A DNA stretch of 64,000 bases. It comes from Octopus vulgaris. Lineage: Eukaryota. The translations under genes were made by a program, and so were the position numbers. This document shows, piece after piece, positions 41,127-54,196 of this stretch. The stretch lies in assembly GCA_951406725.2 (NCBI GenBank), contig OX597814.1:218054001-218118000 (forward strand). Reading direction: 5' to 3'. Under the pieces are notes generated by a model that made no database searches, was not told the origin of the DNA, and saw only the letters and a list, made by a program, of their open reading frames with translations. Every line of letters begins with the position of its first letter. Position 1 is the stretch's first letter.

Positions 41127-42400
41127 GTAAGGATAATACTAAAAATGATAAAAATGATAAGCATACATATTATATACCCACGAAGAATACACTGACAACG
41201 ATGAAAAATAATAATTACAAAAATAGTAATAATAATAATAATAATAATAACAATAAAAATAAACATAATAAGGAAATTATATGGCTAATTATCCCTTATG
41301 GGGCGCAAATTTAAACTAATATTAGTAAAGAAATTTTGAACATAATAAAAACATCATTTAAAAAGAGCAATACGTACTCGAAAATATTCTCCAATAAAAC
41401 TATCAGAGTGGGCTATTTTACAACAAGGAATGTAAGTAATATTATATCCTCAATATACAATTTCAAATTAAGCAAATTTTATAATAATAATTTAACTAAT
41501 ATTAACCATAGCTACAGCAGAACTATCACAAACAATAAGCATAACCGTATTTTAAATAAATGCACATATAGAGACAAATCCAAATTTAGACTTAATAATA
41601 ATTGCAATCTAGGTAACGTAATTTATAAATGTATAGTAATAATAATAAGAATATTAATAATAAAGAATATATTGGATCCATAGCGAACGAAATTAAAAGA
41701 AGAATTTACCAGCATTATCAGTCTTTCAAAAATCCCAAATTAAAAAATTCTACAGGTCTAAGTAAATACAAATGGGAATTAAAAATCTAATAAAATAGAA
41801 TACACCATTAATTGGTTTATAATTTATAGAGCGAACTCATATTTTGGGAAGCGCTCCGTCGGTTACGACGACGAGGGTTCCGGTTGATCCGAATCAACGG
41901 AACAGCCTGCTCGTGAAATTAACGTGTAAGTGGCTGAGCACTCCACAGACACGTGCACCCTTAACGTAGTTCTCGGGGATATTCAGCGTGACACAGAGAG
42001 TGACAAGGCCGGCCCTTTGAAATACAGGTACAACAGAAACAGGAAGTAAGAGTGAGAGTGAGAGGAAGTTGTGGTGAAAGAGTACAGCAGGGATCACCAC
42101 CATCCCCTGCCGGAGCATCGTGGAGCTTTAGGTGTTTTCGCTCAATAAACACTCACAACGCCCGGTCTGGGAATCGAAACCGCAATACTCCGACCGCGAG
42201 TCCGCTGCCCTAACCACTGGGCCATTGCGCCTCCACCAGCGAACTAATATAAAACAGGTAACAAAATGTGCTTATTGTGTATAACAGAGTTTGTGAAAAT
42301 ACCCCAGTCGGGAGAGTTTTAATTAAACACTAATGAAGAGAGAGGTTTTAATTGCCGACATAGACATAGCTTTACGTATAATAAAATGAAAAGTATATAA
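40030..42400 (+). pseudogene. Decayed Penelope-like element (RT plus GIY-YIG)
   Basis: FDISMGAPDSAQVTDLVGIYLL and GGLYRDDLL (RT), VNYLDANL, SNH, then C...C..GNVIYKC..YIG..STGLSKY (GIY-YIG), with many stops and frameshifts. Confidence 0.85.
41847..42234 (-). mobile_element. Full-length SINE family B nested in the PLE
   Basis: Family B; flanking duplication agcgaact(c/a)atat. Confidence 0.92.
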
Positions 42401-42561
42401 AATACACCACCACCAGCATATCATCTCCACACACTTATGATGAATATAGTTACTAGAAGATTTAATTGTATTTAGAGTAGTATTATATACGTATATACTA
42501 AGAACTAAGTATTAAAAAATATTACCTTTAAATGGATAGGCAGGCCGGGTACACCAGCAAG

Positions 42562-42625
<64 letters not shown>

Positions 42626-42743
42626 CATCTATATACATATTTATACATATAGATAAAATATACATATAAATATATATAAATCTATACATAGATACATCTA
42701 TAAATATACATATATATATATACATATACATCTGTATATATAC

Positions 42744-42790
<47 letters not shown>

Positions 42791-42817
42791 CATATATACA
42801 TACATACACACACACAC

Positions 42818-42859
<42 letters not shown>

Positions 42860-42868
42860 TATATGTAC

Positions 42869-42915
<47 letters not shown>

Positions 42916-42916
<1 letters not shown>

Positions 42917-45900
42917 TAGCAGAGATACCCGGCGTTGCCCGGTTACATTCAATTGAAGAATTAGACTTTTCTGTTATATATATATATGGACACACACACA
43001 CACACACGCGCACACACACACACATGTATATTAATATAAATACATGAAAGTACATGAAGTTTGTTAAAAAAAGGGGATCATGTATATACCTCCTGGCTGT
43101 TGAGATTATAACACCTCGTTGTAAACAATGTTCCTTGTTTTTCCTTGTGGAGCATATACAAAAAGGTTTCTTTTGGTTCCTACTCTTGAGCAGCCAACAT
43201 ACAGTTGCCCATGCGAGAAGCAGGGCTCTTCCAAGAGAAGACCAGCTACAGAGAGGGTTTGACCCTGAGATTTGTTAATGGACATGGCAAAGCTGACACG
43301 AAGGGGGAATTGCAGTCTTCTGAATGTAAATGGAATTTCTGCTCCTGATGGAGTAAGAGGAATTCTTGGAATAAAGACGTCATCACCTTTTCCACATCCA
43401 GAAAGAATGATCGCCTCGATAACGTGTGACATCATTTTCTTTATCACCAGTCGTGTTCCATTGCAAAGTCTTGGTGGTTCCAGATTGCGGAGTAGCATTA
43501 CAGGAGTTCCAACTTTAAGTGCTAATATGTGTAGAGGTAGTCCAGGAGGCTCCAGTGAATTGAGAAATTCAGGAGGATAGTTCACAACTTCATTTATATC
43601 TGGAATTGTATCAACAGACTTGTAAGTGTGTATAGTACCGGGAAGAGAATGCATTAGCTGTTGATAAATTTTGTTAACAGCGACGTTTTTTTGGAGCTAA
43701 TATTGCTCTTTCACACAGCCAATTGTGATTTTGGTAGTTTTGTGTGAAGTTGGAAAAGACTTTGTTTTTGAGGTCATCTACAAAATTAACAACAGAGGAA
43801 AATGACCACACTTCCATTTGTCCTGCTGCATCGAGAGGCATCTTGCCTTCACCAAGTGTCAAAATGTCCTGTGCAAACTTTGTGGACATTTTGTCGCCGT
43901 GTAGCTGAGCTCTCATGTTAGTGGTGAGACTGAGGATTGTAACATGATGCCACAGGGTAGAGGACTTTAGGCATGCTTGGACTTCATCTGCTCTAGTGCC
44001 TTTCGGAATGACAGGAAGAGTTTGCCTGAAATCACCTGACAACAGAAGCGTTACACCTCCCATTGGAGCCTGACAGTCTCGGATGTCTTTCAGGGCTCTA
44101 TCTAATGCTTCCAAAGCTCCCTTGTGAGCCATAGTGCACTCATCCCAGACAATTAGATGACACATTTTAAGTACTTGTCCCTGATCTGAGCTTTTGTTGA
44201 TGTTGCATGAAGGCATTTCGGATGCTGCTAAATTGAGAGGGAGTTTAAAAGTTGAGTGTGCTGTCCTGCCACCGGGTAACAAAGTAGCTGCAATGCCAGA
44301 GGAGGCTACAGCTACTGCAATGTCCTGATGCTGCCTAACTTCTGCAAGGAGAAGCTTTGTAATATATGTTTTTCTCGTCCGTCCAGGAGCATCGAGGAAG
44401 AAGATTCGTCCCTCGCGTTGGCGTACACTGTTAAGAATAGTTCCGTAGGCCTGCAACTGGTCCGGAAGTAATTTAGGCTAATTTTCAACAATGTACTTCG
44501 AAAGCACTTGAGTGTCGTAGGTTGTTTCACGAATGATAGCAGTGGGAAGGCTATTTGACCCTGACCTGAATGCTTGTGGCAGGCCATACGTCGACAATTC
44601 ATTTCCACCCAGTTTAGCAATTCTGTCTTCAATGTCAATGAGTGTTTTGTTATAGATTTCATTGCTGATACCCTCCATGTCAGGATAGAGCAGTTGAGCT
44701 TGGCGCTGAAAGTCTTCAGCCAGGTTGTTTCTGTATTTGAGCCATAGAGTGGCCGGATCACACAGTTCGCATGCCTGTAGTAATACTGCAAATAGTGCCC
44801 TGAGACTTTTAGGTGATTGTGATAAAGCAGCCTCTCCTAAAGTTGCATCCCATTGTGTACCATCTTCTAACAGACCTTGTCGATAGCAGGCCTCTCTGTA
44901 TGTTGTGCAGACATGTCCATGAACGGTTTTTAGGACCTGGAAAGACGTTGGCCCTCTGACCTCATGCAGTAGTAGACGAAGTTTGAGTGGGATGCACTGT
45001 GTATACTCGCCCAAGGCAAGTGTGAAACTTAATGCCAGGGTATCCATGAACATTTTGACCTGCTTTCCGTGGGGCCCATTTTTTGCCATTCCAAGTGTAG
45101 TACGATGGAATCTCTGGATACAGCAAGGTTTGAGCGAATGGATCCACTTGACAAAGCTTGAAGAATGCAGTGAGTGTGCTATCCCTTGGTTCCTCTGCCA
45201 ACAGAGAAGCATTAGCATCGGTGAAGTACACTCTTTGACTATTTTCCAGGTGCACTGCAAGCTGTTGAATGGCGGGGTGTCGTTGGTGAATTGGAAAGCC
45301 AAAGATGCGCCAGAAAGCCTCGTTGCTACTTATGTACCGTCCTACCTGATAATGCGTCACCTCATCATGGCATTATTTTTGTTGAAGTCCAAACATTGCA
45401 GCGTCAGAACCCTTGTTTACATATTTGCACACGTACTAGATGGATTTAACGGAGTTGCAAAACTCAACGTTGATGTGGTCATTGAAAGTCTTTGACAGGA
45501 GTGGGCAGTATGGAACAATCCATCTATTATCAATATCGTGCTGTCCGATAGCTGCTGTGAAACCTCCGTCTTCTGGTTTTCTGCGTCTGTATGATGGATA
45601 CCCATCAGCACCTGTCTGAGTTTCTTGTAGGAAGCTCCTTGGAAATCTTTTTGAACATATGCTGTCCTTCAAGCATGGTGAGTTTATGTTGAATCCACGC
45701 CCACATGGACCATGTACCATGTTTGCTTTAACTATTTCGTATAGTTCTTTGTCTAAAGCTGGATCAGGAAGCTCTGCAGAGATTATCTTGTCGATGTCAT
45801 TGGAATTGATCTTCGCCGAGAGCCAAAGCAGGATATGAGCATGTGGAAGGCCCCTTTTTTATCACTCGATTGTGTACATGTCACATTGTATGGGCCCAAA

Positions 45901-45965
45901 GACTTGCCCTTTTTGTATGAGCTCCATGAGAGAGATTAACTTCAGATGGAAAACTCGGGCGTTGA
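42916..45965 (-). pseudogene. 5'-truncated Helitron Rep-helicase (HUH Rep plus Pif1-like SF1 helicase), disrupted
   Basis: Rep motifs KRGLPHAHIL, MVHGPCG, DNRWIVPY..HINVE..YVCKYVNKG; helicase motifs [66 protein letters not shown]; 3' end ccgggcaacgccgggtatctctgCTAG|t at 42916. Confidence 0.95.
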
Positions 45966-46879
45966 GATTCCGGTTCGAATGTAAGGCAGGTTTGAAAGTG
46001 TTTTCAACTGTTATTAGTTGTAGTGGTAGAGTGTTTATGCCAAATATGTACGTATGCAAGTATATATATGTATGTATGCCTGTATATATGTACAAAATCT
46101 ATATATATACATCTACACATAAAATACAAAGTTATATCTTGATATCGCTAGTGATAACAATACTCAAACTATATAACAGACTGGAATTGTAGGCCCGTCT
46201 CTTGCAATTTCGATCAATTGGATCTTGTCCTCCCTCTTGTATAGAAGTGTACGGCTGCAGCGAAATTCATTTTTGGACTTTCTTCTATCGAAGGCATTTT
46301 AACAAAAATGCTTCCGTAAAGACGGTGAAAATATTGTCAATTTCCCCAAACAGGGACACAATTCAATTTTTAAACAATAACCAAAGCCCCTTCTCCGAAA
46401 GGGGAGGGTTACGGTTTACAATTATTTAAAAAATGCAACACAACAACGTTTCCCTGACGAGGAACCAACAAACGTGATTACAATAGTCAAACAGTAATAA
46501 TAATAACAACAAACCTTTTTAATTTATCCCCATTTATGTGAAACCACTTATTCAAGTTCAAGTCATTGATGCAATTTTACACGAATTGCTAATACACACA
46601 CACACACACATAATAAGGGTGAAAAATTGAATATTTGATTAATATGAATTGAAAACCAGTGGTGTAGCATATAGGACCATAGCGGATCTACTGGGGCTAC
46701 AAGCTACAGTAACACCCACCCTTAGTGGTTAGCCATATTGAGATGGCAAATATACCTCACATTGTCGTGCAGTTACTGTTTATACCTCGTTCAGAGATTT
46801 ATTATTGATATATACATATATACATACATATATACATATATACATATATACATATACATGCATATATATATATATATAC

Positions 46880-46916
<37 letters not shown>

Positions 46917-46984
46917 CATATATATATATATATACATATATATACACATATATATATATACACACATATATATATACATATATA

Positions 46985-47965
46985 TAATAATAATGTTCGT
47001 CCTTCGGGTTCGAAGATGACCATTGACATCATTTGGTGGAATTGCTGCTATGAGACCGGAGGTGGCTGGTGAGGCCAATCCGGGCAAGAAAGCCCCTCCC
47101 ACAAGTGGGGCAGAAGTGGGTAGGGGCTGTGCTATTGGTGCAGGTGGCTCTGGCTTTCCGCATCTGGCGTTTCTGTTCTGCTGACTGAATCCGTCTCTCC
47201 TCGACTGTCTTTGCTCCTGTGGTGATTGCGCTGCGCCAGGATGAGCGGTCGGCAGCAAGTGTCTCCCAAGTCTCTGTGCCGATGGAGAAATCTTTGAGAG
47301 AGACTTTGAGACTGTTCTGGAAGCGCTTCTTCTGCCCTCCGACTTTGCGTTTGCCCTGGCTGAGTTCACCGTAGAAGAGCTGTTTTGGGATGCGAGTGTC
47401 GGACATGCGGGAGACGTGGCCTGCCCATCTTAGCTGGGCCTTGCGCATGATCGTGATGGTGCTAGGGAGATCTGCCTGCTTCAGAACTTCCGTGTCTGGG
47501 ACCTTATCCTGCCAGTGGATGTGAAGGAGGTTCCGAAGACACCTGAGGTGGAAGTGGTTTATCTGGCGCTCGTGCCTTCGGTAAGCAGTCCACGTCTCGC
47601 AGCCGTATAGTAGGGTGGTAAGCACGACTGCCCGGTAGACTTTCAGCTTGGTGTTGAGGCTGATTCCTCTCCGCTCCCAGACTTTCTTTCGCAGTCTCCC
47701 AAACGCGCTGCTTGCCTTGGAGATTCTGTTGATGATTTCAGCATCTATGTTGGCATTGCAGGAGAGAGTGCTGCCCAGGTAGGTGAAGTTTTCCACCGCT
47801 CGTAGGATCCGGCCGTTCACCTTTATCTGAGGCTCATGGTATTGTTTGCCGGGGGCAGGCTGAAACATCACTTCGGTTTTCTTGGCACTGATGGTGAGAC
47901 CGAAGTTTTCACAGGCTGATGAGAACCTGCCCATCCCGAGCTGCATCTCCTGCTCATCGATTGCG
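46985..47965 (-). mobile_element. 5'-truncated RTE-clade LINE (RT C-terminus with C2H2-like zinc finger)
   Basis: ORF 47029-48069: [66 protein letters not shown]. 3' hairpin and (TTA)n tail. Confidence 0.93.
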
Positions 47966-48419
47966 ACTGTGGACTGGTAGCTGTGTACAGTCGCCCCAAT
48001 GTCACCCAGAGCGAGCTCTGGTCGCCATAGCGTCGACTGTGGACTGGTAGCTGTGTACAGTCGCCCCAATGTCGCCCAGAGACAAGATTATTTTATGCGC
48101 AACTCCATTGTCTCCCGAGACAAAAAGGATGCCAACAACAATATATATGGATTTCGTAGACAGGAACTGAAACAAATCAATCGTATATATTAGTATATAT
48201 GTAAGTGTATGTGTGTGTCTTTGTGTCTGTGTTTCGCCCTCATCACTGCTTCACAACTGCTGTCCATTTATTTACATCCACAAAACTTACTGGTTTCACA
48301 AGAACAAACTAATAGAATAAGTACTAGGCTTATCAACATAAAAAAGAACTAGGCTGTGTCTCATATTTTTGTTTGCTCACTCAGTTGTATCTATCAATTT
48401 GTCTTTGTGTGTGTATCTA

Positions 48420-48480
<61 letters not shown>

Positions 48481-48529
48481 AAACAAGTCAAGATAGAAAA
48501 TGCTAAAAATAATTTTATAAAGAACATTT

Positions 48530-48567
48530 CAGTACCGGTTTCGGTCATTTTGAGACCTTTTCAACTG
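48530..48567 (-). ncRNA. Minimal hammerhead motif with U3-A8 compensatory core
   Basis: Minus strand: CAG-TTGAAAA-GGTC tcaaaat GACC-GAAACCGGTA-CTG. Inverted partial copy at 48710-48771. Confidence 0.7.
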
Positions 48568-48804
48568 TAACGATTAAATAATTAAATTTAGAAAAATTAA
48601 AAGAAAAGTTTTTTAAAGGAATATTTGTATAGTGTTCAAATATAAGTGGCATTTTCCTTGTTTCTGCCTTTCTCTGTCTTTCTTGTTTTCACTTGTGTGT
48701 TCGAGGTTGAAACCGGTACTGAAGTGTTCTTTATAAAATTATTTTAGCATTTTCTATCTTGACTTGTTTTTTCATATATATCAACTCGTGTGTTCCTTTT
48801 CACC

Positions 48805-48881
<77 letters not shown>

Positions 48882-48887
<6 letters not shown>

Positions 48888-48995
48888 CAAACCTGTTACT
48901 CTGAGTTTCCCGTTGCCGTTCATCGGACAGTTTTTGCTAGAAAAAACTGTCCGATGAACGGCAACGGTAAACTCAGAGTAACAGGTTTGTTGAAT
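48882..48995. ncRNA. Palindrome carrying two hammerhead motifs (CCGATGA core)
   Basis: Minus 48893-48930: CTGT-CCGATGA-aCG GCAA CGg-GAAACT CAG AGTA-ACAG. The plus copy 48947-48984 has TAAA in place of GAAA. Confidence 0.65.
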
Positions 48996-49085
48996 TTTCT
49001 GCTGCTTTAAATAAAGCATATTACTCTACCACTGGCATTTGAGTACTCTTTTTTCCACCTTGTTTCACATTTATGTGTTTACTCC

Positions 49086-49137
<52 letters not shown>

Positions 49138-49252
49138 TGCCTGCTCGCTTAGCCAGCGGGGTGGCATCATTTGAAGGCTAAAACAATGCGAAGCGCATTG
49201 TGACCAGCGATGTGTAACAACATCTGATAGCCTGGTCGGTCACGGTGATCAC

Positions 49253-49287
<35 letters not shown>

Positions 49288-50239
49288 CACCCTAATGGGA
49301 GCCTTAACTCCCAAATTTTAGTCATTTCTTTTATGATTCAAAACTAGGTCAAAAGTACTGAATGGATCTTTATGAAATTTGGAAATTATATTCTAAGCAC
49401 AAGGGCCATAACCCCCATGACAATTCATATATTTTTGCTGTTGATGAATTTTCAACCATAGATGTTAGACACAAATGAAGTAATATTTATAATATTTCAT
49501 CTTCTTACAAGTTAGAAAGACCCTCCATGGGGACTTAACACCCACAATTTTATCTAAGCAAAAACGAATACAGTTATGCTCTTGGAAGCTGTAGGGTTAC
49601 CCGAACATAAAAGTTGGGCATTATTTGTAATTCAATGGTACAACAGTGTAACAGTTTGCTTTGACATGCACTTACATTGTGATTTCTGCAATGTGGTGCA
49701 TAAATTGTTAAGTAAATGAGAGGCATCTTTGTCTCCACTGATTCAGTTGCAAAGTGTTGAGTAAAGTTATTTGATTGCAGACCTCCTTTCAGTCTTTTTA
49801 TTATCACTGGGTCACACATAGTCCCCAGATGGTAACATTGATTACAAGGCCTTCCCAGATGAGTGACTGGTTATTCAAAGACATTTATAGATTTTAAATT
49901 CATTCTGTCCAGTTACGTATCAGTTACGTGACACTTTAATTTCTCCTAAGCCCTAACGTCACACAGTTGTTAATGTTGATTTCAGTTGGGTCACGTCCTT
50001 CCAATTGCTATAGATTCGCCTGTGTATGCGTAGATGTGCCTGTCACCTGGATGGTGAGGAATCCTACATTGGGAGTGGTAATGACTAGGGTAGTGTAGCT
50101 GACTGCTTATTGTGATCATTCGTCTTTTGGTTTCCATGTGGCACGATTACAATTTTTTTAGGGTGTGTAAAGAGGGAAATAACCCTCATCTGCAATTTTG
50201 ATGAAATTCGAAACATAGATATTCCAGTTCATTCAGAAA

Positions 50240-50303
50240 ATATAACAGAAAAGTCTAATTCTTCAATTGAATGTAACCGGGCAACGCCGGGTATCTCTGC
50301 TAG
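50240..50303 (+). mobile_element. Helitron 3' end, same family as 42916
   Basis: aacagaaaagtctaattcttcaattgaatgtaaccgggcaacgccgggtatctctgCTAG|t, identical to the 3' end of the Rep-helicase copy. 5' extent not determined. Confidence 0.85.
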
Positions 50304-50334
<31 letters not shown>

Positions 50335-50348
50335 GCATACATACATAC

Positions 50349-50380
<32 letters not shown>

Positions 50381-50432
50381 GCACATACATATATATGTGC
50401 CGATGTATATACACACACACATATATATACGC

Positions 50433-50525
<93 letters not shown>

Positions 50526-50870
50526 GTATGCATGTATATATGTATTATAAAAGTATCAGTATTAATTGTGAAAGTATTAAACTGAAAGTATTACATCACA
50601 TTACAATAGAGATGTTATTGTTTCACTTTTGACACAGAATACTGAAATAGTGTAAGAGATAAGAGATTTTTCCGGGCTCGTATTAAGCAAGAATTTGAAA
50701 ATTTTTTGGGCCTGTGTTACTGCATCGACCCTAAGAAAAGCATGTGTAAAATTTGAATGAAATCAGTTGGGTAGTTCTCGAATTTTAGTCATGCACACAT
50801 ACATACAGACACATACACACATTCTCAGTTTTATATATATATAGATGTATGTATGTATGTGTGTATTTAT

Positions 50871-50925
<55 letters not shown>

Positions 50926-51351
50926 CGTGTGTGTGTGTATAACTCCAAAAAATGGAACAAGAACGCCAAAGACGACAATAAAATATCCGGACAGATTGAC
51001 GGTACTACGACGGACAGCAAAAAACAATGTCGGGTCATTTGCAGCGTTCTCTCATTAGTCAAGTATCCAGATAATCTTTTTGTTTCGGCCGGTTACGCTT
51101 GAGTCTATTCAAATCTGGTTGGCCCCAAAAATCTAAACTAAGAGCATTAAATTTTTTGGGAGAAAGCAAGCAATTGTGTACGACAACAAAGACGACAAAA
51201 AACCGAAAAAGTGCAACACAATTACAAATACAAACAACAAGAAGATAACAACAGGTATCTTTCGACCAATAAGGACGAGTGAAGTTGGGCTGCCGTGTAT
51301 AGAGTGAAAGCCTTAAGGCAGGAACATAGGAGATAAAAGTCATGAGACAGG

Positions 51352-51420
<69 letters not shown>

Positions 51421-51424
<4 letters not shown>

Positions 51425-52127
51425 ATTACTGCTGTTGTTTGTCAACAACAACTATTGGCGGTGTATATTTCGTTTGTCACTGTTATTTATGACATCGTTC
51501 GTGCGTTCGTACTGGTTTTAGCTTTAGGATTTTAGGGTTAGGGTTATGGTTTTAGAGTTACGGTTTGGGTTTTAGGGTTAGGATTTTAGGGTTAGAGTTT
51601 TAGGGTTAGGGTTTAGGGTTACGGTTTTAGGGTTAGGGTTGAGGTTTTAGGGTTAGAGTTACGGAAAAAAAGTGAAAAATGAAGAAGTTGGAGGGGGAGG
51701 GGGAAAAGTCTTTCCAAAAATAGTAGCTGAAAAGAAGGGAAAAAAACTAAAAGCAGTAGAAATGCACGAACGATTATGGTGGTGCCATGAAGTAAACATA
51801 CTTCAGATAAACTCGTTTATTCATACAAAAGTAACTGAGACGAAATATGTCATAAATAACAGTGACAAACGAAATATACACCAACGGAAGTTGTTGTTGA
51901 CAAACAACAGCAGTAATTTTATTCAGCTGAATACACGTCATTGATTGGTTGAAATTACCGAAATACGACAATTTTAACAGGAAATAACTTTGAAAATACA
52001 AACTTTTCTCAACAACGCTAAGAGTAAAAAATGTTTTATATGACACATTCTACCGATGTCCGAAGTTTGAAAGTATTTAGTTACAAAAAATTAATTTCTC
52101 GATCTGCCGTTCAAAGGGTAAAGATCC
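51421..52127. mobile_element. Left-truncated relative of MITE M1 with an interstitial telomere-like array
   Basis: Right end ctgccgttcaaagggtaaagatcc; inverted arms ~51424-51495 and ~51847-51918; TTAGGG/TTTAGGG variant array at ~51520-51662. Confidence 0.7.
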
Positions 52128-53103
52128 CCGAAAGCTCATGTCACAATCGTGCAGGAAATAATGGATAACGATTCTGAGTCAGAATATCTGACTCAAAGAA
52201 ATTATTTTCTCTGAGACATCCACGAGATTACTCATGATATCGATTCGACAAATGAGTTTCTAGCAACCGTCACAATAATTTATAATGGGCTTTCTCAATC
52301 GTGAGAAGTATTCAGAGAGAAAAGCGCTGAAAAAGATTCTCTTGAGTTTCATATTTAGCTACTAACAGCAAATTGTTGTAAAGGAACAAGGTCAGTAACG
52401 ATGCAGAAACAATAGCGAATTAGTGTAACTGTTTTAGGGATTTTAGTACCATGTTATGCCTATGAAGATTGAAGGAAATAATGGAATAGCCAGTTGCGAT
52501 CGATGAATCGAAAATTATTCACTGCAAATGCCATCGCGGTCATTAAGAACAGAGCCACAAGATGCTATGATTAATGATTAATGAAACACCACAGCTTAAA
52601 GTTCCTTGTGATGTCGATGTACTGCAACTTTATTGCCGGCTTTCTTTGATTATGTGTTACAAGGCACCAGCATTTTCCCTGACGGCTAGCATTACTATCA
52701 ACAATTTCTATATCGTTAATTCGTTAACCACACTCTTCATTTTGTAGATTTCAGTGGTGACGACGACTAAATCGATGGCAGCTGTGGTTGTTTAAACAGT
52801 GGTGGTTTTAGCGTTATAAAAAAATGATATTAAGATATCTCACCAATCAATTTAACTGTTACGACTTGTATACCAGGAAAACAACCTTACTGTATAACAA
52901 AAGGTTCCACAGCAGATTCTGTTTAATTTTATCTACTGAGAGCCTACGTTTTCTTATGTGATAGACGAAATATAGCAAACCATGTATTTAAAGAGATGAG
53001 AAATAGTCTGCGTGACGTTCATAGCTTTCCCAAAGGTATTAAGTGACGTAAAAAAAGAGAAATGTAGTCCAAATATGAAATGTATTACGTTTATATATAT
53101 ATA

Positions 53104-54109
53104 CTAGCAGTATCGCCCGGCGTTGCTCGGGTTTGTAAGGGAAATAACTATATAAGCATTTTTAGAGAGTTACTTCCTTTATAGATGCCAATTCGGGCTT
53201 TCTTAGCCATTTCTGTTTTGGTGTCTTCAAGCCATGAAGTCGTTGTTCTAAAAGAACGCTGGTCTCCTTGACAACGCATTACGACGTTGATTTCCTTAAA
53301 CTCCTTTCCCCACAGCTTCACGAGGGAGGGAAGAAGGGGGAGAAGCAAACACAGGTGCAGGTGTTTGAGCGTGGACGCCAACTCCGCCGCCATCGACACA
53401 CGAAAAATTATGCATTAAAATGGAATAAAAAATGATGTTAAATTTTTTTTTAAATCGTAGACTCATCGTAGACGCGCGCTAATACCCAGAAGGGCTCGAT
53501 ATGAATCACGACTATAAGATACCCGAATTTGGTTAAACTGCACCACAAAATGTGGGAGTAGTTAGGAATCTAAATCGAAGGGGACAGACACTCACACAAC
53601 TAGAGTTTTATATATATAGACTAGCAGTATCGCCCGGCGTTGCTCGGGTTTGTAAGGGAAATAACTATATAAGCATTTTTAGAGAGTTACTTCCCTTATA
53701 AATTCGGGCTTTCTTAGCCATTTTTGTTTTGGTGTCTTCAAGCCATGAAGTCGTTGTTCTAAAAGAACGCTGGTCTCCTTGACAACGCATTACGACGTTG
53801 ATTTCTTTACACTCCCTTCCCCACAGCTTCACGAGGGAGGGAAGGGGAGAAGCAAACAGGTGCAGCTGTGAGCGTGGACGCCAACTCCGCCGCCATCGAC
53901 ATACGATGCATTTTATGCATTAAAATGGAATAAAAAATGATGTTAAATTATTTTTAAAATCGTAGACTCATCGTTGACGCGCGCTAATAGTCAGACGGGC
54001 TCGATATGAATCACGACTATAAGATACCTGAATTTGGTTAAACTGCACCGCAAAATGTGGGAGGAGTTAGGAATCTAAATCGAAGGGGACTGACACTCAC
54101 ACAACTAGA

Positions 54110-54112
<3 letters not shown>
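53104..54112 (-). mobile_element. Two non-autonomous Helitrons in head-to-tail tandem (53104-53620 and 53621-~54112)
   Basis: Each has a hairpin plus CTAG 3' end; junction CTAG|TCTATATA at 53621/53620. Confidence 0.9.

Positions 54113-54196
<84 letters not shown>

Noticed and set aside
51520-51662. Telomere or chromosome-fusion relic
   Set aside because: Degenerate, single orientation, and located between the inverted arms of an M1-related MITE.
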